From assembly GCA_963665665.1 (NCBI GenBank), contig OY762428.1, positions 512,001 to 576,000 of the forward strand: DNA of 64,000 bases, read 5' to 3'. This DNA comes from Candidatus Kapaibacterium sp. (lineage in GTDB: Bacteria; Bacteroidota; Ignavibacteria; Kapaibacteriales; UBA2268). The notes under the pieces were generated by a model. That model made no database searches. It was not told where the DNA came from and saw only the letters and a program-made list of their open reading frames with translations. Below are positions 21,444 to 32,089 of this stretch, piece by piece. Numbering within the stretch: position 1 is the stretch's first letter; every line of letters starts with the position of its first letter. Position numbers and translations under genes: made by a program.

Positions 21444-22610
21444 ATGGATAATGTTATAGATATTATAATAAAGCAAAGAGCGGCAAAAAAATTAAATTCC
21501 GGTTATCTATGGGTTTTTAGTAATGAAATAGTAGATATCATTAAATCCGATCCGGGAGTATTTGTTAATGTCATAGATGAAAATGAAAATTCTTACGGAT
21601 TAGCGATTTACAACCCTCACAGCCTGATCGCTCTCAGATTATTAAATACTAATACCTTGCCGGATAACGCATTTTTTATTGACAGAATTAACTCCGCAAA
21701 ACTTCTCAGGGAATGGGTTCTGCCAGATGAAAATTCTTACAGGCTGGTTTTTGGAGAGTCTGACCTGCTAAGCGGATTGATAATTGATAAGTACGGGGAT
21801 TATTTTTCTGTGCAGATACAGTCTGCCGGAATGGAAAAAATGATCGATAGTATAACCGGTGCTTTGCTTGAATTATTCCCTGATACAAAAGGAATTATTG
21901 CCAAAAACAACTCACGTGCCAGGGAAATTGAAGGATTACAATCAGAGGACAGAATATTATTCGGTGCTATTCCCGACAATATACCGTTTTCTGAAAATGA
22001 TATCAATTTGAGTATATCACTGAAACAGGGACAAAAAACCGGATATTTCCTTGATCAAAGGCCAAACAGGAATTTTATTGGAAGTATAGCAAAAGGAGCC
22101 CGGGTTCTTGATTGCTTTTGCAACCAGGGAGGTTTTGCACTTTCCGCTTTAAAGGGCGGAGCAGATTATGCATTAGGAATTGATATTTCAGAATCCGTAA
22201 TAGACAGAGCTGAAATAAACGCTGAAATGAATAGTTTTAATAACTATAGCTTCCAGACAAAGGACGTATTCGATTTTTTGAAAAATGATAACGAAAAATG
22301 GGATATTATTATACTCGATCCTCCGGCATTTGCAAAAAACAGGAAAACAGTTCCTGCTGCAAAAAAAGGCTATGCCCGAATAAATTCCCTTGCCATGCAA
22401 AAACTTAATCCCGGCGGAATACTTGCAACATCAAGCTGTTCTCATCATATTTTCGAGGATGTTTTTCATGATGTAATTATTCGCGAAGCTGCAAAACTTG
22501 GCAGGCAACTTCAATTGATTTATCGTGGCCAGCAGGGAGTGGATCATCCGATATTACCACCAATGCCGGAAACAAGATATCTTAAATTCTTTGCTTTCGC
22601 GGTGTTGTAA
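21444..22610 (+). CDS. rlmI: Class I SAM-dependent rRNA methyltransferase (RlmI-like)
   Basis: WVFSNEI, GQKTGYFLDQR, VLDCFCNQGGF, ILDPPAF, TSSCSHH, PETRYLK. Confidence 0.8.
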   Translation: MDNVIDIIIKQRAAKKLNSGYLWVFSNEIVDIIKSDPGVFVNVIDENENSYGLAIYNPHSLIALRLLNTNTLPDNAFFIDRINSAKLLREWVLPDENSYRLVFGESDLLSGLIIDKYGDYFSVQIQSAGMEKMIDSITGALLELFPDTKGIIAKNNSRAREIEGLQSEDRILFGAIPDNIPFSENDINLSISLKQGQKTGYFLDQRPNRNFIGSIAKGARVLDCFCNQGGFALSALKGGADYALGIDISESVIDRAEINAEMNSFNNYSFQTKDVFDFLKNDNEKWDIIILDPPAFAKNRKTVPAAKKGYARINSLAMQKLNPGGILATSSCSHHIFEDVFHDVIIREAAKLGRQLQLIYRGQQGVDHPILPPMPETRYLKFFAFAVL

Positions 22611-22655
22611 AATTGTATTGTAATATGAAATTATTCTTAACTGGAGATACTACCC

Positions 22656-23675
22656 ATGGACTTGAATGTTAAAAATGACTTTCTATACATAACCGAATTA
22701 ATAAATCGAGCCCGCCATGATGCTTTGAAATCTGTAAATAAAGAACTAATTAATCTTTATTGGAAAGTTGGCGAATATATTTCAATAAAAGTATAATCAG
22801 AAAAATGGGGAAAATCCGTTGTATTTGAACTATCTGATTTTATTAGAAATGAGATACCAGGAATTAAAGGATTTTCATCTCAAAATATTTGGAGAATGAA
22901 GCAATTCTATGAAACTTATTACAAATTTCCAAAACTCTCATCACTGTTGAGAGAAATATCCTGGTCTTCTAATCTTCATATAATCAGCAAGACAAAAAGC
23001 ATTGAGGAGAGGGAGTTTTATCTTAGACTGGCCGTAAAAGAAAGATATTCAGTACGTGAACTTGAGAGACAGATAGATTCAGGATGTTTTGAAAGAACAA
23101 TCTTATCGAAAAGCAAAAATGATATTTATCAATATCAGATATCTATTAAAGAAGATATAAAACTCTCAACGCCATCGAGAGAAATTCAAGGATATTTTAA
23201 GGATACCTATGTTCTTGAATTTTTAGATTTACCTGAAAAATTTAATGAGAAAACTCTTCAAAAGTCATTAGTAAATAATTTAAAACACTTTCTTATTGAA
23301 CTTGGTAGAGACTTCTGTTTCATTGGAGAAGAATTCCGTATTCAGGTTGGGAACAATGATTTCTATATCGATCTGCTTTTGTTTCACAGGGAACTCCAAT
23401 GTTTGGTTGCAATAGAATTAAAAACCGACGATTTTAAACCTGAGTATCTGGGAAAGTTGAATTTTTATCTGGAAGTATTGGATAATGAGATTAAAAAATC
23501 ACATGAAAATCCTAGCGTTGGAATAATATTATGTAAAAATAGAAATGTTCAGGTTGTAGAGTATTCTTTGAATCGAAATATGAGTCCGGCTTTGATTGCC
23601 GAATATGAGACTAAGTTAATTGATAAGTCAATCTTAGAAAAAAGACTGAGAGAATTATTTGATTGGAAAGATTAG
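22656..23675 (+). pseudogene. YhcG/DUF1016 PD-(D/E)XK nuclease-domain gene with a premature stop
   Basis: ATG 22656 (GGAG upstream) reads ...VNKELINLYWKVGEYI, hits an in-frame TAA at 22794-22796, then continues WGKSVV...GFSSQNIWRMKQFY into the 259-aa ORF (KDTYVLEFL, FYIDLL, LVAIELK). Confidence 0.8.
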
Positions 23676-23855
23676 CAATCAAGAAAAAAGTATATTATTG
23701 GGTAGATAGAATTTATCACAAACTTATAGATGAAATTTTGAACAATTAGCGATTACAAATAAAAAATCGGGATATATAGAACTGACAATTGGAAATGTTG
23801 GAGTACATTGCAGCTTCCAATGTATGTTTGTTCTATAAATCCCGAAAAAAACAGA

Positions 23856-24194
23856 TTAAAACTCGTTAAGCTGGCCTTGTTTATACATTTCCAAAGCATC
23901 TTTGGCAGTTCCGCTTCCGGCCCCAATAAAAACTTTTATTTCCGTGCGTCCGAGAACCATTGCTGCATTCCCGCCGGGCCCGTTTCCTGTAATAAGCACA
24001 TCCGGGTTCAAAGTAAAAAGTTTTTCTACTGCTTTTGGTCCTGCACCATGAGCCATTGCAGTAATATCGCTATTCTCGGTAGCTTCCAGTGTATCCTTTT
24101 CTTCATCATAAACAAGAAAGAAAGGAGCTCTGCCAAACCTTGGATCCATTTCTGAATCCCAGGAATCACCTTTTGTTGTAAATACTATCCTCAT
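23856..24194 (-). CDS. NifB/NifX family (dinitrogenase FeMo-cofactor biosynthesis domain) protein
   Basis: DPRFGRAPFF, AHGAG, LITGNGPG. Confidence 0.85.
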   Translation of the reverse strand: MRIVFTTKGDSWDSEMDPRFGRAPFFLVYDEEKDTLEATENSDITAMAHGAGPKAVEKLFTLNPDVLITGNGPGGNAAMVLGRTEIKVFIGAGSGTAKDALEMYKQGQLNEF

Positions 24195-25084
24195 TGCATA
24201 ACCTTTAAATTTTTAATAAAATTCGATTTTATTTTTTCCCAGCATTCCGCAATTTTTTCACGGTAAATTTCACTGTATTCGATTATTGCCTTGCCTTCAG
24301 TCATTGCCCTTGTAAAATCTTCATCGTAATTAAGTTCCATCAAAGGAATAATTTTTTCTTTTTTAAGATACATGGCAATTTCTCTTGAAACTTCAGGGTT
24401 TATATCACTTTTATTAATAATACAGGCGGACTTGATATTAAAATTTGCAACCAGCTTATGAACTCTTTTCAGGTCGTGAATACCTGATACAGTTGGCTCG
24501 GTAACAAAAATAACTAAATCAGCACCGGATATTGATGATATAACCGGACAACCGATGCCCGGGGAACCATCAACTATAACATATTTTGCATCTGTTTCTT
24601 CGGCCAGCTTTTTTGCTTCATTCTTTACTTTTGTTACCAGCTTCCCCGAATTATCAGCGCCGATACCCAACCTTGCATGTACCATTTTCGAACCGTTTTT
24701 TATATTTGATACAAACCAGCGTCCGGCCTTTTGATCCGACATAATTATTGCTTCTTCCGGACAAACCCGTGCACAGTAACCACAACCTTCGCAATCAAGA
24801 TCGTCGATGTTATAATTCCCGTCGATAATATTTATTGCATCAAAACGGCAGGTATCCATACAAGTTCCGCAGTTAAGGCATTTATTCTGATCGATCGAGG
24901 CTGTCAGGCCACTATAAAAATCTTCTCCGAATCCGAAATCGGGTTCAAGAAGCAGGTGCATATCCGCAGCATCAACATCACAGTCGGCGGCAATAGCTTC
25001 CCTGCCGGCTGTCAAAGCCAGTGAAGCTGTTAAAGATGTTTTACCAGTACCACCCTTACCGGAGATTATTACTATTTCATTCAT
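24191..25084 (-). CDS. MinD/CbiA-type P-loop ATPase with 4Fe-4S domain
   Basis: SGKGGTGKT, DCDVDAAD, CxxCxxCxxxC x2, DGSPGIGC. Confidence 0.85.
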   Translation of the reverse strand: MNEIVIISGKGGTGKTSLTASLALTAGREAIAADCDVDAADMHLLLEPDFGFGEDFYSGLTASIDQNKCLNCGTCMDTCRFDAINIIDGNYNIDDLDCEGCGYCARVCPEEAIIMSDQKAGRWFVSNIKNGSKMVHARLGIGADNSGKLVTKVKNEAKKLAEETDAKYVIVDGSPGIGCPVISSISGADLVIFVTEPTVSGIHDLKRVHKLVANFNIKSACIINKSDINPEVSREIAMYLKKEKIIPLMELNYDEDFTRAMTEGKAIIEYSEIYREKIAECWEKIKSNFIKNLKVMQ

Positions 25085-25937
25085 TTTTGTTCAACCCAAG
25101 ATGTTCTGCTATTTTTCCAAGTTCCCATTTGAATTCCGCTTTTTTGTCGTAAATCAATTCGCCACGAGAATACAATTCGGCTACTTCTCTGTCATTGCCG
25201 AACCTGGCAATAATCGGAATATTTTCTTCAAGACAATATTCCTCTGTATCTGAATTCCCGATTCCGTAGCGGTTAATTACAACCACAATTCTTCTGCCGA
25301 GTTTTCTCATTGCTCCTACAGATAGTTTTAAGTCGTGCAAACCGAAAGGAGTAGGTTCTGTAACAAGAACTACTATATCAGCTTTTTTTGTTGACTCAAT
25401 AACCGGACAGGATGTTCCCGGAGGAGTATCCATAATGATGATACTATCATCGGAGAAAGTACTATCAATATACTCCAGTGTTTGCTTAATTAACGGAACG
25501 GCCTGTTCCCTGCCAATATCCAAACGGCTGTCAATAAAATCAAGATTCCCTCTCCTGAAATGACTTAATTTTCCTATTAGCTGATTTTCCATTGGCAGGG
25601 CGTTTTCAGGGCACATTTCCGTACATGCAAAGCATGAATGGCACATATCCGGAAAATTCATTATCTCGCTGCCCAGCTTGATAAGAGCATTAAAATTACA
25701 AACATCCGTACAGATGTCACATGGCTTACATCTGTCCCTTTCCCATTTAGGCACCTGCTTGAACTTATCTTCGCTGAGCAGCAAGTCTCCGATTATAAAA
25801 AGTCCGGAATTGGGTTCCTCCACGTCAAGGTCAACCAATGTAATATATTTATTTTCTGAAAGATAAGCGGCAAGGTTCGAGGCAATAGTTGTTTTTCCTG
25901 TTCCTCCCTTTCCGCTTGATACAGCGATTTTCATCAT
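25077..25937 (-). CDS. MinD/CbiA-type P-loop ATPase with 4Fe-4S domain
   Basis: SGKGGTGKT, DLDVEEPN, ferredoxin Cys motifs, DTPPGTSC, TEPTPFGLHDL. Confidence 0.85.
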   Translation of the reverse strand: MMKIAVSSGKGGTGKTTIASNLAAYLSENKYITLVDLDVEEPNSGLFIIGDLLLSEDKFKQVPKWERDRCKPCDICTDVCNFNALIKLGSEIMNFPDMCHSCFACTEMCPENALPMENQLIGKLSHFRRGNLDFIDSRLDIGREQAVPLIKQTLEYIDSTFSDDSIIIMDTPPGTSCPVIESTKKADIVVLVTEPTPFGLHDLKLSVGAMRKLGRRIVVVINRYGIGNSDTEEYCLEENIPIIARFGNDREVAELYSRGELIYDKKAEFKWELGKIAEHLGLNKNE

Positions 25938-25946
25938 TTTTCCAAA

Positions 25947-26282
25947 TTAATGGTCACAAAGATTTTGTCCTGTCACTAACTTATTATTCAAATATTCCTG
26001 AACAAGCTGTGCCGGAGTATCAGCATTTACACCAACACAAACTTCGATATTATTCATTGCAAACAATTCCTGAGCTTTCATACCCATTCCGCCGGAAATA
26101 ATCACATTAACACCGTTTTGTGCAAGAAATTGGGGATAAACACCTGGCTGATGCACAGGAGGTGTAAGAAAAGTTTCACCAATGATCTTATCATTATCTG
26201 TATCTACAATAGCAAATTTTTCGCAGTGGCCGAAATGAGCACACAACCTTCCGTTTTCAGTCGGGATGGCAAATTTTTTCAT
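25947..26282 (-). CDS. NifB/NifX family protein
   Basis: LCAHFGHCEKF, HQPG, ISGGMG, C-terminal NLCDH. Confidence 0.85.
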   Translation of the reverse strand: MKKFAIPTENGRLCAHFGHCEKFAIVDTDNDKIIGETFLTPPVHQPGVYPQFLAQNGVNVIISGGMGMKAQELFAMNNIEVCVGVNADTPAQLVQEYLNNKLVTGQNLCDH

Positions 26283-26484
26283 TTTTAATAACTCCATTTA
26301 ATGCTGTCTTTTAAAAAAATATATTTCAATGTTTCAATGCTAACAAACTAAACTCAGGCAACAGCAGATACAGACCCTAATTACTAAACCCGGTCATCAT
26401 CCTGGCCTGTTGGCGAAATAATTATTATTCTACATTGACATATTTCTTAAACATTTTGCGGAATGGCTTAATTTCCACAAACTA

Positions 26485-26697
26485 CTACTTATTTAATAAT
26501 TCTTCTCTTACCATTGTATTCCCACATTTGGGACATTTCAACTGCTTGCAGGGCTTTCCCTGAACGTGCGGTATTTTTGCTCCGCATTTTGCACAAACAC
26601 AATCACCTCCGGGACCGAAGGCTCCGCCTTTGTTGCGGCCTTTGCCGCCGCCTTTTCCAAGACCGCGGCCCTGACCGTTAGCTCTATCGCCATTCAT
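26485..26697 (-). CDS. Small Gly-rich zinc-ribbon protein
   Basis: GPGGDCVCAKCG...HVQGKPC...CPKCG; GAGGAG SD. Confidence 0.75.
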   Translation of the reverse strand: MNGDRANGQGRGLGKGGGKGRNKGGAFGPGGDCVCAKCGAKIPHVQGKPCKQLKCPKCGNTMVREELLNK

Positions 26698-26722
26698 AAA
26701 TAACTCCTCTTAAATTTATTGA

Positions 26723-27010
26723 TCAATCTTTATTTTTTCGTACAGCATTCTCCAGTTTTTCTTCCAGAGCGCTAATCCTGTTCATTAGCGAACTTATCAG
26801 GCCACCGTCTGAGTTATCCTGATATGATCCGCCAAACCTGTTAAATCCGCGTCCGCGTCCAAAGTTCCCGCGGCCCATGCCGCCACCGAAATTCCTTCTT
26901 CCGGCACCTCTTCCAAAAAATCCGGTATTGTCGGCTCCGGTGCAATTGCCCATTCTTCTTCCTGTGAGCGGGCCTTCGCCCATTGGTCCTGTTTTATCTC
27001 CACCCGGCAT
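26723..27010 (-). CDS. DUF5320-like Gly/Arg-rich protein
   Basis: MPGGDKTGPMGEGPLTGRRMGNC; AAGGAGG SD before ATG 27010. Confidence 0.8.
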   Translation of the reverse strand: MPGGDKTGPMGEGPLTGRRMGNCTGADNTGFFGRGAGRRNFGGGMGRGNFGRGRGFNRFGGSYQDNSDGGLISSLMNRISALEEKLENAVRKNKD

Positions 27011-27464
27011 GTCTGCCTCCTTTATTTTTTTTAGGAATACAACAACGCCCGTGGCCAAATCCTCCGGCAAGGTTCAGAAGACGTTCCGAACCGCATTCCG
27101 GACATTTGGCAAAACGGGTTTCAAAATCTATTTTAAACATATACCCACAATTTTCACATTTAATAATATTTTTGCGGAAGTGAACATTCCCGCCATTAAT
27201 TCTTAATAGTTTTCCGTTTATCAGGAAATCAGCAAGCTTTCTCCTTGCTTTTTCAATCAGGCGTGTGAAAGTGGAACGCGAAATTTCCATTTCATCAGCC
27301 GCCTCGGAATGAGACATTCCCAACATATCGGCAAGACGCAAAGCTTCGTATTCATCAAGGGAAAGCTCTATCTCCCGCAGAAGATTCCCTGATATACCCA
27401 CAGGCTTGAACTCGTCGAACAGCGGCGGGTTATGTACAATCCTGTCTTTTTCCGGTCTTGGCAT
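26994..27464 (-). CDS. DUF134 HTH DNA-binding protein with zinc ribbon
   Basis: MPRPEKDR...FKPVG...LDEYEALRLAD...AADEMEISRSTF; CENCG/CPECG. Confidence 0.85.
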   Translation of the reverse strand: MPRPEKDRIVHNPPLFDEFKPVGISGNLLREIELSLDEYEALRLADMLGMSHSEAADEMEISRSTFTRLIEKARRKLADFLINGKLLRINGGNVHFRKNIIKCENCGYMFKIDFETRFAKCPECGSERLLNLAGGFGHGRCCIPKKNKGGRHAGWR

Positions 27465-27501
27465 TTATTTTCCTTTCATTTCAACTACAATTGCAATATA
27501 A

Positions 27502-27515
27502 TGAACATATGTGCA
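27502..27515. promoter_or_regulatory. Palindromic operator candidate TGAACATATGTGCA upstream of the DUF134 operon
   Basis: 12/14 palindrome 38 nt upstream of the start codon. Confidence 0.45.
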
Positions 27516-27843
27516 AAAAGCAAGTTTTTTTTATATCTTCCGAAAAGTTTCTTCATCAGCTGATAAAACCATGGGGGGAATCATCAAATGTATCCACTAC
27601 TCCACCCTGATTGTAATTTATATCGGGCCAATATAAAAAATCAATTATACCGAAGCCCGTTTCGTCTGGCCAAAACATCTTACTGTAAATGTAACGGGCC
27701 GGGATGGTAAAAAAATTGATAAAGAAACACGACATTTATAAATAAGTTATTTTCCGAGTTTCTTGTTCCGGGTGCTTGCTTGATTTAGTTTTTGAAAAAC
27801 CGAGGGTTGGAAATTTTCAATTATTTTTCGGTGATAAGATATA

Positions 27844-28311
27844 TTAATCCTCTTCATCTTCAGGAATTTTGCAATCAATTTTCCTTTCTGCCGGAGGATT
27901 TTCAACTACAATTCTAACCATAAACGGGGAATTAGAAGCATTGCTGTGAATTGTAAAATCCACTATACGGTGATCCTTATCAAGGCCGTCCATATTTATT
28001 GTCATCTGTATTTTTCCCACTGACAAAGGAACAACATTAGAACTGAGAACTTTACCATTGGCACAGGAACAGGTAGCATCTATCTTTGTAATTTTTAAAA
28101 CGCCTCCACCCCTGTTCAAAACTTTAAAATCCTCCATGATGAATTGCCCTTCCGGGGCAGGAACAGTTAACACTGACGGTATAATATCAATTTCCGGTTT
28201 CAGTGTATCAGAATTTCCAGGTTTATCAATGAATAACTGGGCGTATGAAATATTCACAGAGGCAGCAAAAACCAAAATCGCGAAAAACAACTTTATCATT
28301 TCTGACCCCAT
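27844..28311 (-). CDS. DUF1573-like exported protein
   Basis: Signal peptide; FKVLNRG...LKITKIDATCSCA...IHSNA. Confidence 0.75.
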   Translation of the reverse strand: MGSEMIKLFFAILVFAASVNISYAQLFIDKPGNSDTLKPEIDIIPSVLTVPAPEGQFIMEDFKVLNRGGGVLKITKIDATCSCANGKVLSSNVVPLSVGKIQMTINMDGLDKDHRIVDFTIHSNASNSPFMVRIVVENPPAERKIDCKIPEDEED

Positions 28312-29045
28312 TTTATATCCAATACTTCATTAAAAGACCAAAAACCTGTTTTTCCGTGAAGCCACAATGCCGCTTCCACAGCACCGTCAGCAAAACCTCT
28401 GCGGTTTCGTGCCCTGTGTGTCAGTTCAATTGTATCAGCAAAGGAATCCAGGTATAGTGTATGAGTACCAGGAATTTCTCCGCCCCTTGACGAACTGATG
28501 TGCAATTGTTCCGGTTTGATAGCATCCCTCGCAGTATCGTCCAGAATAGTATTTTTAATACTGACTTCTTCAAGGATGATATTTCCCAGGCTTACAGCAG
28601 TGCCGCTCGGGCTGTCTTTCTTTCTGTGGTGGTGCATCTCATGGAGAAAAATATCATACCCGGAATTTTTATTCATCAGCGAGGATGCAAACCGGGCTAT
28701 TCTAAAAAACATCTGCATTCCAATTGAAAAGTTTGAACCCCAGACCAAACCCACACCGTTACTTACTACAATATTCTTCACCTCATCCATTTTATCATAC
28801 CATCCGGTAACGCCGACAACTATATTTTTTCCCATTTCGGCAAACAGCCTGATATTATCGACAGCCGTGTCGGGAATAGAAAAATCGATTACAACATCGA
28901 AATTATAATTTTTCTCTTTCACAGGAAGATTATCAATATCAAATTTTTCCGAAACCTCGATGTTTCTGTTTCGGGCAGATTGTTCAATTTCCCTGCCCAT
29001 TGTACCATAGCCGGAAATGGCAATTATCGGATTATGATTATTCAT
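28296..29045 (-). CDS. dapB: 4-hydroxy-tetrahydrodipicolinate reductase
   Basis: GYGTMG, IDFS, SNFSIG, EMHHHRKKDSPSGTA, HRARNRRGFADGA. Confidence 0.93.
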   Translation of the reverse strand: MNNHNPIIAISGYGTMGREIEQSARNRNIEVSEKFDIDNLPVKEKNYNFDVVIDFSIPDTAVDNIRLFAEMGKNIVVGVTGWYDKMDEVKNIVVSNGVGLVWGSNFSIGMQMFFRIARFASSLMNKNSGYDIFLHEMHHHRKKDSPSGTAVSLGNIILEEVSIKNTILDDTARDAIKPEQLHISSSRGGEIPGTHTLYLDSFADTIELTHRARNRRGFADGAVEAALWLHGKTGFWSFNEVLDIKWGQK

Positions 29046-29054
29046 GAGATAATT

Positions 29055-29738
29055 TTAACTGAATGAAACAATTGTATCTTTCTTTATAAGCCTGCCTTCG
29101 TTCAAAGATGCTCTTGCTGCATCAGGGAAAGCTTTCAGCAGGCTGGAGTCATTACTTGTTACTATCAGCGAGGCACCCCGATCCAATGCTTTGTGCATCA
29201 TTTCAAAGATAAGTGCTTTCGATCCTTCGTCCAGGTTTTCAGACGGCTCATCGGCAACAATTATTTCAGGATCATGAGCAAAAGCCCTTGCTGATGAAAG
29301 CATTTTCTTCTCGCCAATTGAAAGTTCATTCGGATATTTCGTCCTCAGGTAACTGATATTAAGCATTGCCATAGTTTCAAGGCATTTCCTGTGCGCCTCA
29401 TCTTTGGAATTTTTATTCAGAACAAGTGGCAGCATAACATTTTCGTAGCATGTAAGATGCGATATAAGCTGCGGGTACTGAAACATAATTCCGCTAATCT
29501 GCCGGAGTAGCTTCCTTTTCCTGCCTTTGAATTTTTTCATAGGCTCGCCCCTGAAGAAAATATCACCAAGGGTTGGCTTCAAATCCCCGTATAGTAATTT
29601 TAGCAGGGTGGTTTTACCGGCTCCTGTCTGCCCACTCAATATTGTTATATAATTTTCATTGATACTCAGGCTTACATTTTTCAATGCCGGAATATTTTTC
29701 TGAAATTGTACCGAAACACTCTGCAGGTCAAATAGCAT
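29055..29738 (-). CDS. FtsE-like ABC ATP-binding protein
   Basis: GQTGAGKTTLLK, LSIGE, ADEPSENLD. Confidence 0.75.
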   Translation of the reverse strand: MLFDLQSVSVQFQKNIPALKNVSLSINENYITILSGQTGAGKTTLLKLLYGDLKPTLGDIFFRGEPMKKFKGRKRKLLRQISGIMFQYPQLISHLTCYENVMLPLVLNKNSKDEAHRKCLETMAMLNISYLRTKYPNELSIGEKKMLSSARAFAHDPEIIVADEPSENLDEGSKALIFEMMHKALDRGASLIVTSNDSSLLKAFPDAARASLNEGRLIKKDTIVSFS

Positions 29739-30082
29739 CTGAATCCTGTTCAAAATATACACACAGCTATGATTACGAAAATAATGATTAACTAACAAAT
29801 ATTGATTATTTTATTTTTAATATATTTTAACAGGCCTTCGGTTAGGATGTGTTTTACAATTAATTCTGTCGTGATGTATTCACCTCCGATTTGTACAGCC
29901 CTTATGATTTACACTGCTAATTTATCATTTAATGCTTCTTTCTTTGAAAGAACCAATTGCCTTTATCATGAAATTTTGTATTTAATCCACAGGTTTCGAT
30001 ACAAGTCGGAAATTAACCCCTGATTATATTAAAAAATGATTTGAATTGAAAATATAAATTATTAACTTAATATGTTAAAATA

Positions 30083-32089
30083 TTGACAACAATTGCCAAA
30101 ACGGGGGGACGACGCTTGGGCAGCTTGATAAACAGATTATTTCCTGACATATCCAATCTACTTATTATCAGGATGGCGATAATTGCCGTCATATTATCAT
30201 TTTTCTTCTTTGATAATATCATGGCCTATGATATTATCAATGTGATTTATCCCGACGGTATGAAGAAGCAGATCCGTACTTCAGGCATGGTAAACGGAAA
30301 TTATATATCCCTGGAACAGGCTTGCGGGATTTTGTTTCCTAATAAGCAATGCAGCTATATCGATGGAAGTTTTATCGTCGGGCACTACAGGATAAAAACA
30401 ACCCCTTCCTCTTTTTTCATTCTGATCGAAAGTGATACAGCTGTTAAATTAGCCCAGATGGTGACGCCGGCAATTGATAACAAACGTGGCATCCACGTGC
30501 CTTATCCTGCTTTTTTCAGAGCTTTGAATGATATTGGATTCCTGAAAGCCGATTTTCAGAATAATGCTAAATCAATGGAGTTTGAATTTCTGCCTGAATA
30601 TAGATCAAAAAACAGATCCCGGGCAAATATTGATGAAAACAAATTGCCACTCAACCTGAGATTATTTGAAAAAGACCAGGAAGTATACGAAAAAGCCAGA
30701 CAGTACAATACACTGAAGCCAACTGAAATCAGAAATGATTCAATAAGCAAGCACGATATACCCGAACACAAACCGGCTAAAATCGAAAATCCAAACCCTG
30801 ATGACGAGAAAATATATATTTTACCCGGAAAGCTCCGCAGAAAGCACATTGACGAAAAAAAGAATGACACCAGCCAAAAAAGTGACTTCTTTCCGCAAAA
30901 AGATATTAGCTTCGAACCTCTTTTTTCAGGGCCTCCATCAGATGTGAATTTTATCAAAATCAAAGATATTTTTTCGGTGAACCAGAATGGAATGACTCAG
31001 GTTAATATTATATCCGACAAAACAATAGAACACTACCACAAACCGGAAATCAAGGACGGTGAATTGATAATCCGGCTTCCTTATGCAGTTAATACCATTA
31101 CAGATTTCAGCCGTGCGGAAATGATATATCCGTTAGATTCGGTGCATATAGAAATCATCAGGGAGTTCCTATTGTACAAATTTATCCTTAAAGGCAATGT
31201 AAATGCCATGAAGGTTTCCCGTGTAGCCCCTGACCATATCGTTTATTCCATTTTTCATGATAATAAGAAATTTCCTGAAAGCACTCCGAAGCCCGAGAAA
31301 ATTCGCCCCGAAAAACCTGATTCTTCCGGCAAAGTCAATATTATCCGGTCAAAAAAACAAAATGAGACTAAAAACCGCTGGGATCTGGATTGCATCGTGC
31401 TTGATCCGGGCCACGGCGGAAAAGACCCCGGAGCTATTGGTATTCACGGGTACAAGGAAAAAGAATATGCTCTGAAAATTGCCCTGAAACTCAGGGAACT
31501 AATCCAAAAAGGACTGCCCGGAACAAAAGTAGTTATGACCCGGGAAGACGATACATTTATTCCCCTTTATAAACGCGGGCAGATAGCCAATAAAGCCGGC
31601 GGCAAACTCTTTATCAGTATCCACCTGAACTCAATGCCGAAGAAACCTTGGCATTCAAACGGTTTCGAATCATATATATTACGTCCCGGAAGAAATGACG
31701 ACGCGGTAAGGGTTGCCAATAAAGAAAATGCCTCGATTAAATTTGAGCAGGACCAGACAAAATATAAAAAACTTACCGAAGAGGAAATAATTATTGCTAC
31801 CATGGCTCAGAGCGCCTTTGTTAAACTTAGCGAACAATTTGCCGTTGAATTACAGAAGGAAGTAGGCAACACAACTCCTTTGAAGGACAGGGGCGTTAAT
31901 CAGGCCGGATTTTACGTTTTGGTGGGAGCATCAATGCCAAATGTATTATTCGAAGCAGGGTTTCTTTCTAATTCAAAAGACGAGAAGTATATGGTAAGCA
32001 ATGAAGGAATAAACAACATAGCTCTTGGAATGTTCAATGCAATAAAAAATTATTCCGGTAAATATTCAGAACTAATTAACGGCAACTGA
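30083..32089 (+). CDS. N-acetylmuramoyl-L-alanine amidase (Amidase_3) with long N-terminal region
   Basis: LDPGHGGKDPGA, VVMTR, FISIHLNS, AGFYVLVGASMPNVLFEAGFLSN; start uncertain. Confidence 0.85.
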   Translation: MTTIAKTGGRRLGSLINRLFPDISNLLIIRMAIIAVILSFFFFDNIMAYDIINVIYPDGMKKQIRTSGMVNGNYISLEQACGILFPNKQCSYIDGSFIVGHYRIKTTPSSFFILIESDTAVKLAQMVTPAIDNKRGIHVPYPAFFRALNDIGFLKADFQNNAKSMEFEFLPEYRSKNRSRANIDENKLPLNLRLFEKDQEVYEKARQYNTLKPTEIRNDSISKHDIPEHKPAKIENPNPDDEKIYILPGKLRRKHIDEKKNDTSQKSDFFPQKDISFEPLFSGPPSDVNFIKIKDIFSVNQNGMTQVNIISDKTIEHYHKPEIKDGELIIRLPYAVNTITDFSRAEMIYPLDSVHIEIIREFLLYKFILKGNVNAMKVSRVAPDHIVYSIFHDNKKFPESTPKPEKIRPEKPDSSGKVNIIRSKKQNETKNRWDLDCIVLDPGHGGKDPGAIGIHGYKEKEYALKIALKLRELIQKGLPGTKVVMTREDDTFIPLYKRGQIANKAGGKLFISIHLNSMPKKPWHSNGFESYILRPGRNDDAVRVANKENASIKFEQDQTKYKKLTEEEIIIATMAQSAFVKLSEQFAVELQKEVGNTTPLKDRGVNQAGFYVLVGASMPNVLFEAGFLSNSKDEKYMVSNEGINNIALGMFNAIKNYSGKYSELINGN

